Assembly (NCBI GenBank): GCA_030145325.1
Contig: JAQYVW010000001.1
Location: 15,331-79,330 of the forward strand
DNA from: Desulfurivibrionaceae bacterium
Lineage (GTDB): Bacteria; Desulfobacterota; Desulfobulbia; Desulfobulbales; UBA5123
Direction: 5' to 3'
DNA: 64,000 nucleotides
The translations under genes were made by a program, and so were the position numbers. Numbering within the stretch: position 1 is the stretch's first letter; each line of letters opens with the position of its first letter. The notes below the pieces were generated by a model, which saw nothing but the letters and a program-made list of their open reading frames with translations, was not told the origin of the DNA and made no database searches. This document shows positions 28,484-36,313 of this stretch, piece after piece.

Positions 28484-29731
28484 TTAGTTGCCTTGGAGCA
28501 GATGTCGAAGTTTGAAGATCGCGGTGAGCGAGTCTGCACCGTCCACCGGGGCGTTGGGTTTGAATTCTCCGTTAAGCGATGCTGTCATCAGATTGCGGCT
28601 GGTCACGGTCATAACCGCATTAAACCACGCCACCCCGGCTGGCACATCAGGAAACGGTGATTTTTCAAAGCCGATCATGGCGGTAGCCAGTGATTCGTCC
28701 CCGCTTAATTTGATCAGGAGATCCTCAAGGGCCAAGGCAAATTCCTTGCGACTTACGGTACTTTGGGGATCATAGAGCCAGCTACGGGAGCCGGCGTCAT
28801 AACGGGCCGTAAAGCCGCGAACACCCCATCCCAGCAGTTGTTGGATTTCGTTTTGGAAAGGATGACCGATGATGTCGTGGGGGGTAAAGTCGGCCCCGCG
28901 AGATTCGTTTTTTCCGGCCGCAGTTAGTTTGTTGCTAAAGAGGTTATTGAGGCGGAGCTCGTCAGCCAGAAGGACGGCGATGTCGCCCCGACTAACACTG
29001 TCTTTGACGGCAATCTGTTCTACCTTGTTGCTCAGGGTGCGATTGGCCGTCAATCTGGTGATTTTTTGTAGTTTGTTGTAGACACTGTTGGCAAGTACTT
29101 GCCATTTGCCGCTGTTTTTTGCTCCCAGAACCTTGCGTAAATAAGGTTCTGCTTCCGGGTAATGATGGCGGTAAGCAGCAATGGCCATGAAGTAGTCGGC
29201 GGCATCTCGGCTTTGATAGTAAGGGAGTTGCCGCTGGTCGAAGTCGCCGATAGCCAGGGCGGCGCGATAGTGTTGTTTTGTTTCATCTTGCCAGAATTCA
29301 GGTTTAGCAACAAAGTTAACGCGAATGGCGGTGGTATGGACAATGAATTTTTCCGCCTTACCATCTGCCGCTGATCGTGCTTGCTTCAAGAGCTGGATGG
29401 ATTCTTTGGTGTCTACCTGCCGATGGGCAGTTGTTGCTTGTCCTGTTGCTTGTAAGGCCATTAGTAAGGATTTGCCAGCCAGGGCGGGTGCGAACTTGTT
29501 ATCAAGGACAAGGGCGCGGTTAAACTTTTCCATGGCCAAGGTGAGGTTGTTGGCGTCGATGGCTTGCATGCCGACGCTGTAATGGTGCAGGGGGTTGTCC
29601 GCCTCAGAAAGTGGGGGTGTCTGTTTGGTGGCGCAGCCGCCGACGCAAAGAAGCATGACGCCGGTTAAAAGTAAGAATATCCGGTGGAAAAGGTGGGAGC
29701 CGGGCTGTTTATCCGCCATGGTCTTTTGCAT
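28484..29731 (-). CDS. lipoprotein with TPR-like N-terminal part and SLH-like C-terminal repeats
   Basis: The start is set at MQKTMADK (ATG 29731..29729, with GGAGG 7 nt upstream). Lipobox LLCVGGC. The C-terminal FPDVPAGVAWFNAVMTV...NGEFKPNAPVDGADSLTAIFKL and FTPHDIIGHPFQNEIQQLLGWGVRGF...VSRKEFALALEDLL fit the SLH consensus by eye. Confidence 0.55.
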   Translation of the reverse strand: MQKTMADKQPGSHLFHRIFLLLTGVMLLCVGGCATKQTPPLSEADNPLHHYSVGMQAIDANNLTLAMEKFNRALVLDNKFAPALAGKSLLMALQATGQATTAHRQVDTKESIQLLKQARSAADGKAEKFIVHTTAIRVNFVAKPEFWQDETKQHYRAALAIGDFDQRQLPYYQSRDAADYFMAIAAYRHHYPEAEPYLRKVLGAKNSGKWQVLANSVYNKLQKITRLTANRTLSNKVEQIAVKDSVSRGDIAVLLADELRLNNLFSNKLTAAGKNESRGADFTPHDIIGHPFQNEIQQLLGWGVRGFTARYDAGSRSWLYDPQSTVSRKEFALALEDLLIKLSGDESLATAMIGFEKSPFPDVPAGVAWFNAVMTVTSRNLMTASLNGEFKPNAPVDGADSLTAIFKLRHLLQGN

Positions 29732-29756
29732 GTAAAGTCCTCCATTGGTTCTTTGC

Positions 29757-29767
29757 GGGGGGGGGGG
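29757..29767. repeat. homopolymeric G11 (C11 on the coding strand) tract
   Basis: 11 consecutive G, lying 13 nt upstream of the RBS of the SLH-like lipoprotein gene. With the longer listed start at 29773, the tract falls inside codons 3-6 (PPPP). Confidence 0.9.
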
Positions 29768-29878
29768 AGTCACTGATGCAGCGCAGCATCGGGTGACATG
29801 AGCTATGGCCTGAAATCTGTCGTTACGTTCCTTCTCGATCAGGAGTTAAACGTTATCGGTGACTATGGGTGACGTAAG

Positions 29879-31819
29879 TTAATTGTCAGCGGTTATCTTG
29901 TTGACCCTAACGCATTTTTGGTCGCTGAAGTCGCTTTCCAGGCCATCCTTATCAATGACCAGAATTCGAAAACAGTATGGGCCTGGTTTTAAATCCTTGA
30001 GGGTCAATGAGGTTTCGGACTTAGAAACCTTTTTGATTGTATCGGAAAAACCTCGGCCATTTATTTCGATATGATAGCCTGCTAAATCGTCTATTTCGGA
30101 TTGTTCCCAGGAGATCAACACCTGGTCGTCAAAGTCGTCGACATCAATGATGGCAACGGGATCAGGTACACTCTTGGTGGTGACGCTAACCGGAGACGAG
30201 AACTCTCCGGGGACCTTCACCTTATTTATGTAGCGGAGCTTGACAAAATACTCTTTGCCGTTTTGTAGATCATCAAATGTGACCTTAGGGTTGAAAAACC
30301 CCTTAATCATACAGTCCATTTCCGTATCATCGTCAGAGTCTTTTAGGCAAACCTCCACTTCCCGGATCTTATCGTTGTCCGGTCGCTGGTAAGAGCATTC
30401 AATGCGCTTGGCGAGATCATCTTTGCAGGTGAAGGCTGATTCGGCGGGAGACGATGGCGCGCCACGGGTATGAGCGGTTAGTGCTTCCGAAGTAGTTTTA
30501 CAGGAGTCGCCGTTTTTGTCTACTTTGCGGATGGTGTAGTGATAGGTGGTGTCATCATCGAGATTTTCATCGGTGTAGGTCAATTCTCGGTTAATGGAGC
30601 TAGCGTTTAGTTGGGCTATTTCTTCATTATCCTCATCACTTTGGCGGTAGATAATGTATTTTTGGGCTTTGGGGTCTTCGTGGGTGATAGTGATAATGTT
30701 TTTGCGGATTAGTTCGTCCCTCACTGCGGCGGTTACCCCTGGGGCGACGGTGCATCCTTCCTGGCTGGAGGAGAATTCGCTTTCTTGGCCTCCCTTGTCA
30801 ACCATGGTGGCGGAAAGATTTGCACAGGTGTCATCTCCGGTAACTGGAATCAGGATTTCCTGCTTGCCGGTGCTTTGATTCTCATAGGTTAGGTTGAAAT
30901 CCTGCTGACTAATGAGTTCGTAATCATCTTCCGTTTCACGATAGATGTTAATCTTTCTAATCTTTTTCTTGTCGGCTGTTGGAGCCGGGATAACCGAAAC
31001 TTTAAGGTGTTGATAAAAGGGATCTATGTCAACGATTACTGGCGAGTCAGGGCCCTTTTTGGTGGTAACCTTGGCAATGGGGCTGTCTGGACTTTCGGTG
31101 CCGTTGGTGCCTGCGGATTTAATCTTATAAAAATAGGTTTTGCCACCCTCTACCTTGCGGTCGGTGAAGGATGCAGAGGTTGATTCGGCGAGGAAGCGAA
31201 ATGGACCTTGCTCATTTTGCGCCCGATAGATCTTGAAACGAGCGATGCTTTTGCTGGGCCGATGCCAGCGCAAGACAATCCGATTTTTCACGGCCCGGCA
31301 GCGGATTTTAGCCGGGGGCAGAATCTCGCTAAAAACTTCTTTTTCTTCGGGAACGCTGTTTGCTGCTTTCTCCACATCTTTTACTACCTGTAGGGCCATT
31401 TTCTTTAAGCCCATTTCTCCGTTGGTTTGGTAGGAGCGGCTAAAGCAAATGGTGTTACTGGCAGAACTGTAAAGCTTGATATTGCACGTAAAGCGGCCAT
31501 TATTGATCTTTGCAGTACCAAAGAGGATGTAATCGGCTTCGGTTAGAAAGGAGGCCATGGCCAAGTTGTCGGTGTCAATATTTGCCAACTCGATCTTCAG
31601 GTTTTTAAAACACTCTACCACCTTTTTTTTCTGAATAATCTCGAAGTCGCTGGCGTCAAAAGCTTGATAAATGTAGTTGGTAGCCTTAATGCTTGTTTCA
31701 GCCGTTGCAAAGTTTTCCGCATGCAGTGAAGGAATGGCTATGGTACGCGCCGAGGCGCTACAGACGGTGGTGGACAGGGCAAGAGTTAGTAAAAATAGCA
31801 ATAGCCGGTTACGGACCAA
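29879..31819 (-). CDS. exported protein: TolB-N/FlgO/LpoB-like N-terminal module plus five FN3-like modules
   Basis: 646 aa with the signal LLLFLLTLALSTTVCSASA. RTIAIPSLHAENF...EADYILFGTAKINNGRFTCNIKLY is CsgG-clan-like. Five repeats then follow of the type RFKIYRA...TYFYKIKS, KYIIYRQ...TYHYTIRKVD and GYHIEING...YCFRILVIDKDG. Confidence 0.6.
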   Translation of the reverse strand: MVRNRLLLFLLTLALSTTVCSASARTIAIPSLHAENFATAETSIKATNYIYQAFDASDFEIIQKKKVVECFKNLKIELANIDTDNLAMASFLTEADYILFGTAKINNGRFTCNIKLYSSASNTICFSRSYQTNGEMGLKKMALQVVKDVEKAANSVPEEKEVFSEILPPAKIRCRAVKNRIVLRWHRPSKSIARFKIYRAQNEQGPFRFLAESTSASFTDRKVEGGKTYFYKIKSAGTNGTESPDSPIAKVTTKKGPDSPVIVDIDPFYQHLKVSVIPAPTADKKKIRKINIYRETEDDYELISQQDFNLTYENQSTGKQEILIPVTGDDTCANLSATMVDKGGQESEFSSSQEGCTVAPGVTAAVRDELIRKNIITITHEDPKAQKYIIYRQSDEDNEEIAQLNASSINRELTYTDENLDDDTTYHYTIRKVDKNGDSCKTTSEALTAHTRGAPSSPAESAFTCKDDLAKRIECSYQRPDNDKIREVEVCLKDSDDDTEMDCMIKGFFNPKVTFDDLQNGKEYFVKLRYINKVKVPGEFSSPVSVTTKSVPDPVAIIDVDDFDDQVLISWEQSEIDDLAGYHIEINGRGFSDTIKKVSKSETSLTLKDLKPGPYCFRILVIDKDGLESDFSDQKCVRVNKITADN

Positions 31820-31925
31820 GACGTCTTCCTCCGGTTTTTGTAATACTCCCGCATTGCCGGGGTTAAGTCGCGCGTTGCGGGAGTAGTGTCGTTGAAAGTT
31901 TTTGAAGGCGCTAACTGCGAAATGA

Positions 31926-33911
31926 TTATCGCCGATCCAGGGTCACCCGGGCGTTAGTGATTTCAGCTGCTGCTTTCTCACTTATTTCGGTCTGCATCCC
32001 CTTTATTTGTTCATCAAAGATGGCATTGTAGAAAGCTTCAATGGCTTTCTCGTATTCCTTTCTTTCTTTCATCCGTTCACCGGTGCGGAAATACTCGATT
32101 TGCAGACTTTGCAGCCGATCAAGGATTTCGGTTCCCATTCGGCTCACCTGCTGGGTGGTAAGCTGCTGCAACAGGCCCATGTCGGTGCTGATTTCCAGAG
32201 GGTCATGGGCAATACCAGCCTCTTTGACGCCGGAAACATAATCATCGCTCATGGGTAGTTTTTCTTTTTGGGTCTTGGTGAAGAGGATTTCGGCCAGCCC
32301 GGTGTCGATCATTTTGTAAAAGATATCGACAAAAGCAACCTTCTTCATGGTGGTGACGTCATATTGGATTTCTTTAAATTCCGGAACCTCAAGGTACGCC
32401 TCCGGGGCATCGCGTAGTTGTTCCTCACTTGGGTTTGGGTGCTTTGCTTTCCAGTTCAGGTAATCCTTATTCTGTTTGTTCTTGGTGCCGATCTTGTATT
32501 TGGCATAACGTTTGCCATTGATCTCGTCGGTGGTTACGGCATAGTTAAGCACCGAACCGAAGATGAAGAAGTCGATACCGGTTAGCGACTTGGAGTTTTG
32601 CATGGATTTTAAGTCGATGACCCCGGCCTGAGTCAGGTTCATTTCTTCCAGGAGCGGTTGAATATCACTGCGCTCAAGGATTTTAATGTCTGCTCCGGCA
32701 ACCTTAAAAAGATAGGTGGTTAGAGAACTGGACAATATTTTACCGGCATCAGGAGAATCGGCTGGGCTACCGAAGTCCATGATGGCGATAGATTTACGAA
32801 CCCTTGTTTTAATCTTGTCGGTGACATTCTGGATTTTGTAAAAGATGTCTTGGTATGAAGGGTTAAGTTCTTTGATTGCTTGATAAAAATAGTATGCGTT
32901 GCCGAATTTCCCTTCGGCGGTGTAGGCTGCGGCCTTCTGCGCTGCGGCAGTAAGTACTTGGTTCTTGAGTCGATAGTATGTTTCGTCCATGAGCAGGTCG
33001 GGGTTCATGGTGATTAATTTATTCAGCGTGGTCATGGCCATGGCAATTTGGCCGTATGTTGCGTAACGTTGGCACTTGGCCAGCTCGTCGCGTTGCAACG
33101 CTTTCACCACATATTTCATTTGTTGTTGCAACTTCTCGCTGTCACCGTAGATATTCTCTGCTTTAGATAGACTCTTGTAAGCCTCTTCATAGCGGCCTCG
33201 ATTGGAGGCTTCCGTTGCTTTGTCTATGAAAAAATCGATGTTGTCGCGTTTTTTTGCTGCGTTCAGCATTCGTATAACCTTCCCATCCTCCGGGGCAAGG
33301 GCAAGATATGCCGAAAAGGCGGCAACTGCGTCGGGGAAGTTTTCTTGCTGAAAAGCTTCCAATCCCTGTTTACGGTAGCTTTTTTTGCCGCTGGCGATGG
33401 CCTTTTGGCGAAGGTTGGAGGTATCTTCATAATTCGGGAAGATGGCGTCAATCTCCCTGAGTTTTGCCAGCGCTGCGGTATAATCGTCATTTTCCAGGGC
33501 GGCGAGTACCAGTTTATAGAGGGCTTGGATTTGTTTGAGGGCCACTTGCTGTTGTGCCTCGACCTCTGGCAACATGCTGGCGGCGTCACTGTGTTTCGGA
33601 TTGTATTTCAGCGCCCGGTTTAGACTGTCTTCGGCGATTTTGATGTCGTGGATGGTGAGGGGCTGGGTATTAAAGGCTTGGACTGCCTTTTTGTAATACA
33701 TGTCGGCCGCCGCGCTCTTGGCATCGTGCAAGGCCTTCTTGTATTGAGAGTTGTTTGGCTCACTTTCCAGAGCTGTTTGGTAGAGTTTGACGGCGTCTTC
33801 GTACTTATCCTGCTGGTACATATTCTGCGCGAGATCGTAATACTCCTTACCTGCAGATGTACACCCGACAAAGGCTAAGGTTAGGAAGAGTATTAATAAT
33901 CTGGTTTTCAT
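31926..33911 (-). CDS. lipoprotein: ~370-aa TPR array fused to a CsgG-family domain
   Basis: 661 aa with lipobox LTLAFVGC. TPR-like repeats run through aa ~25-370. KSIAIMDFGSPADSPDAGKILSSSLTTYLFKVAGADIKILERSDIQPLLEEMNLTQAG...GIDFFIFGSVLNY fits the CsgG pattern. Confidence 0.68.
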   Translation of the reverse strand: MKTRLLILFLTLAFVGCTSAGKEYYDLAQNMYQQDKYEDAVKLYQTALESEPNNSQYKKALHDAKSAAADMYYKKAVQAFNTQPLTIHDIKIAEDSLNRALKYNPKHSDAASMLPEVEAQQQVALKQIQALYKLVLAALENDDYTAALAKLREIDAIFPNYEDTSNLRQKAIASGKKSYRKQGLEAFQQENFPDAVAAFSAYLALAPEDGKVIRMLNAAKKRDNIDFFIDKATEASNRGRYEEAYKSLSKAENIYGDSEKLQQQMKYVVKALQRDELAKCQRYATYGQIAMAMTTLNKLITMNPDLLMDETYYRLKNQVLTAAAQKAAAYTAEGKFGNAYYFYQAIKELNPSYQDIFYKIQNVTDKIKTRVRKSIAIMDFGSPADSPDAGKILSSSLTTYLFKVAGADIKILERSDIQPLLEEMNLTQAGVIDLKSMQNSKSLTGIDFFIFGSVLNYAVTTDEINGKRYAKYKIGTKNKQNKDYLNWKAKHPNPSEEQLRDAPEAYLEVPEFKEIQYDVTTMKKVAFVDIFYKMIDTGLAEILFTKTQKEKLPMSDDYVSGVKEAGIAHDPLEISTDMGLLQQLTTQQVSRMGTEILDRLQSLQIEYFRTGERMKERKEYEKAIEAFYNAIFDEQIKGMQTEISEKAAAEITNARVTLDRR

Positions 33912-33917
33912 GGTTCT

Positions 33918-34958
33918 TTACCTCCGGATATTGATGACGGCACGATTTTGTTGTGTTTCTTCCACAGAGAACGTATGGCCTGAAAAGTCAAGAGAGGTTA
34001 TCTCTTGGTAAAACTCCACTGCTCTAACCCCGGTAAATATTTCGATGACGCCGGTGCCAGCGTTGAAGTCACGCATGATGATTTTTTTAGTCAAAGGGAG
34101 ATGGTACATGAAAAAATTTTGCAGGTCGAGAAATTCATCATAGTCCTTGAGGCCTTTCAGGAACAGGGTGATCTTGGTATTTCCACCGAGTTCCTTCTGC
34201 CATTTGTTGATAAAATCTGTAGTCAATTTTATTTCGGCCTCTGCGGCAGCCTTCCGGCAAAGTTTCAGTTTTGCTTCCAGCTTGTTGATACCTTGCTGTT
34301 TATTGGCCAGAGACAGTGACGAAATGACATCATGGGAGGCGGTGTTCCAGGCCGTGATGTCAACGAGCAATTCGTTGAAGGTAATGGGGTTGTTTTTGTA
34401 GACGATTGAGGAATCTTTAAACGTAGTATTAATACGGATTTCGATGTCGGCGTGTTTTTTTTCATCGGTGAGGAAGTATCTTTTTGCTCTGAAAAGAGAA
34501 AAGAGTTCATTGCGGACAAGAGAGGTTGTTTCGTCTTTTTTCACCATCTCCATATAGACCCGTGGTGAGTCCTTGCGGCCCATGAGGATGCCAAGGCCGT
34601 CAAGTTTGCTGAGGAGGGCTTCGTTTTTGACGTCAACCTTGAGAATGACCTGGTATTCTTTGCCGTTGCGCTTGGCGGAGAGGACATCGAAGCTGTTGAC
34701 GAAACCACGGCTTTGCGAGGTAACCGTTTCCCTGATTAAGGTACCTTTTTCCACCAGGGTACGGCCTTCAACGTATGAGCCGGTGATTCTGGAAACTGCT
34801 TCAGAAAGGGCGTTGTCAATGGCCGCTTTCTTGGCAAAATCAACTCGTTCCTTTTTGATTACGGCAACGCCTTCCACCTCAATGGTTTCAGCCTTGGTGA
34901 GCTGAGGGAGGAGGCAAATGGAGGACAGGATAATGGCGATGGTGAGGAGTTTCGTCAT
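33918..34958 (-). CDS. exported FlgT-like protein (FlgT-N/LPP20-like module plus TolB-like middle region)
   Basis: The start is set at MTKLLTIAIILSSICLLPQLTKA (ATG 34958), since the listed TTG start at 35009 lies inside the putative promoter. ETIEVEGVAVI...FAKKAAIDNALSEAVSRITGSYVEG...YQVILKVDV resembles FlgT_N/LPP20. The stop is 6 nt before the next gene. Confidence 0.55.
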   Translation of the reverse strand: MTKLLTIAIILSSICLLPQLTKAETIEVEGVAVIKKERVDFAKKAAIDNALSEAVSRITGSYVEGRTLVEKGTLIRETVTSQSRGFVNSFDVLSAKRNGKEYQVILKVDVKNEALLSKLDGLGILMGRKDSPRVYMEMVKKDETTSLVRNELFSLFRAKRYFLTDEKKHADIEIRINTTFKDSSIVYKNNPITFNELLVDITAWNTASHDVISSLSLANKQQGINKLEAKLKLCRKAAAEAEIKLTTDFINKWQKELGGNTKITLFLKGLKDYDEFLDLQNFFMYHLPLTKKIIMRDFNAGTGVIEIFTGVRAVEFYQEITSLDFSGHTFSVEETQQNRAVINIRR

Positions 34959-35005
34959 TGGAGTGAAGATATTACTAATTATCAATTTGTTAACATCAAA
35001 AAAGG

Positions 35006-35020
35006 GCAATTTTTATGCCT
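35006..35020 (-). promoter_or_regulatory. sigma-54-type -24/-12 promoter candidate at the head of the envelope cluster
   Basis: The minus strand reads AGGCAT-AAAAA-TTGC-C with correct GG-N10-GC spacing. The -12 element is 47 nt upstream of the ATG at 34958. Confidence 0.4.
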
Positions 35021-35233
35021 GAGTTTAGGGGGAAGCGTATTGCTAGGTCATATAGGGCTAAGTAATACTGAACAGGGAATCGTTTGTCGAGGAATTTATC
35101 TTGGGATAATCTAGAAAATTGTATTTGTCTGTACTTCTTTTTTTCTGGGAAAGACAGCCGTTGGCGGGGCGATGATGAGGGTTCGCCTAGAAAGCTATTT
35201 CAGGGCAGTTGTTGTTGGTGTTGACCGTTTTTT

Positions 35234-36313
35234 CTATACTGCCAGATCGACTTCCTGGATGGTGCCCACCGAGCCGTTTTCGCGAACGAAAATGGAGGTG
35301 TTTTGGATCTTGCCCAGGGTGGCGTTGTTGCTATCGGTGAGGCGGAATTCGGTGTCGGTATTGTTAAGTAGTAGCGCGCCGATCCCTCGGCTGGCCAATG
35401 TCTCCAGATAGTTTTCGCCGTTCGTACCCATCACCCATAGTTTCAGGTCGGTGAAAACGGGATCGTTTTCGTCCAGCCAGCCGTTGCTGTCGGTATCGTA
35501 CTTGGCTAGATCCGCAAAGCCATTGCCGCTCTCTGGGCCGAATAGTTCGGAGCCGTCGTTGATGACGCCGTCCTCGTTAAGATCCAGAGCCAAAAAGCCG
35601 CTGCCACTGCCGAGGCTGGCCATTTCTTCGTTCTGGCCGTCGCTGTCGATGTCGAAGGAAAAGGAAGTGTCCGTTAGTTGGGCTGCGTTGCCATTAAAAT
35701 TGATTACCAGGGGGTCGACCAGGAGACCGTCGCCAGCGCGAATGCTGATATCGGTATTTTCTGAAAATTCGCGATGCATGGCCAGGTCGAGCTGGAAGTT
35801 GATTTCCTTGCCGTCATTGGTTGTGATCGTCCCGGCAGCACTGAAGGTGGTGGTTTCTTCTTCATGGTGGCTGGCGTGGTATTCGTAGAGCATGCCCCAG
35901 CCGACTTTTTGCGGCTGGTTGTTTTCTGTCGCTGCTGGTGCCGCTTCTGGAGTGGCTGTGGCGTGGGGAGAAAAATTTGCGACCCTTATTTTTTTACCGG
36001 TAAGGAGCTCAATGGTCATCCGCAGGGCTTCAAGCTTGGCGTTGAGGATCTTTTTTGTTTCAACCGACGCGGCTTCGGCCTTGGGGTTAGCGACAACAGC
36101 TTGGTGGCGAGCGCGCACAACAGAGGCTTGCGCGGCCAGACTTCTTGCCGACAATTTAATCGTATCGGCGGTCTGCGGTCCACGGGGATTATTAGGGTTG
36201 TTGCCCTGTTCCGTTCGCTCACCGACCCATACTTCCAGGGATTCTTCGGTGTGTTGTTCTTCATGGAAGGATCGAGTTGCCGTCAGATTGATACTGGATT
36301 CCGCAATTCTCAT
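35234..36313 (-). CDS. hypothetical protein with EF-hand/dockerin-like Ca-binding loops, no signal peptide
   Basis: 359 aa. Three DxDxDG-type loops are present (DIDSDGQNE, DLNEDGVINDGSE, DTDSNGWLDEND). The N-terminus MRIAESSINLTATRS lacks a hydrophobic leader. Confidence 0.55.
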   Translation of the reverse strand: MRIAESSINLTATRSFHEEQHTEESLEVWVGERTEQGNNPNNPRGPQTADTIKLSARSLAAQASVVRARHQAVVANPKAEAASVETKKILNAKLEALRMTIELLTGKKIRVANFSPHATATPEAAPAATENNQPQKVGWGMLYEYHASHHEEETTTFSAAGTITTNDGKEINFQLDLAMHREFSENTDISIRAGDGLLVDPLVINFNGNAAQLTDTSFSFDIDSDGQNEEMASLGSGSGFLALDLNEDGVINDGSELFGPESGNGFADLAKYDTDSNGWLDENDPVFTDLKLWVMGTNGENYLETLASRGIGALLLNNTDTEFRLTDSNNATLGKIQNTSIFVRENGSVGTIQEVDLAV

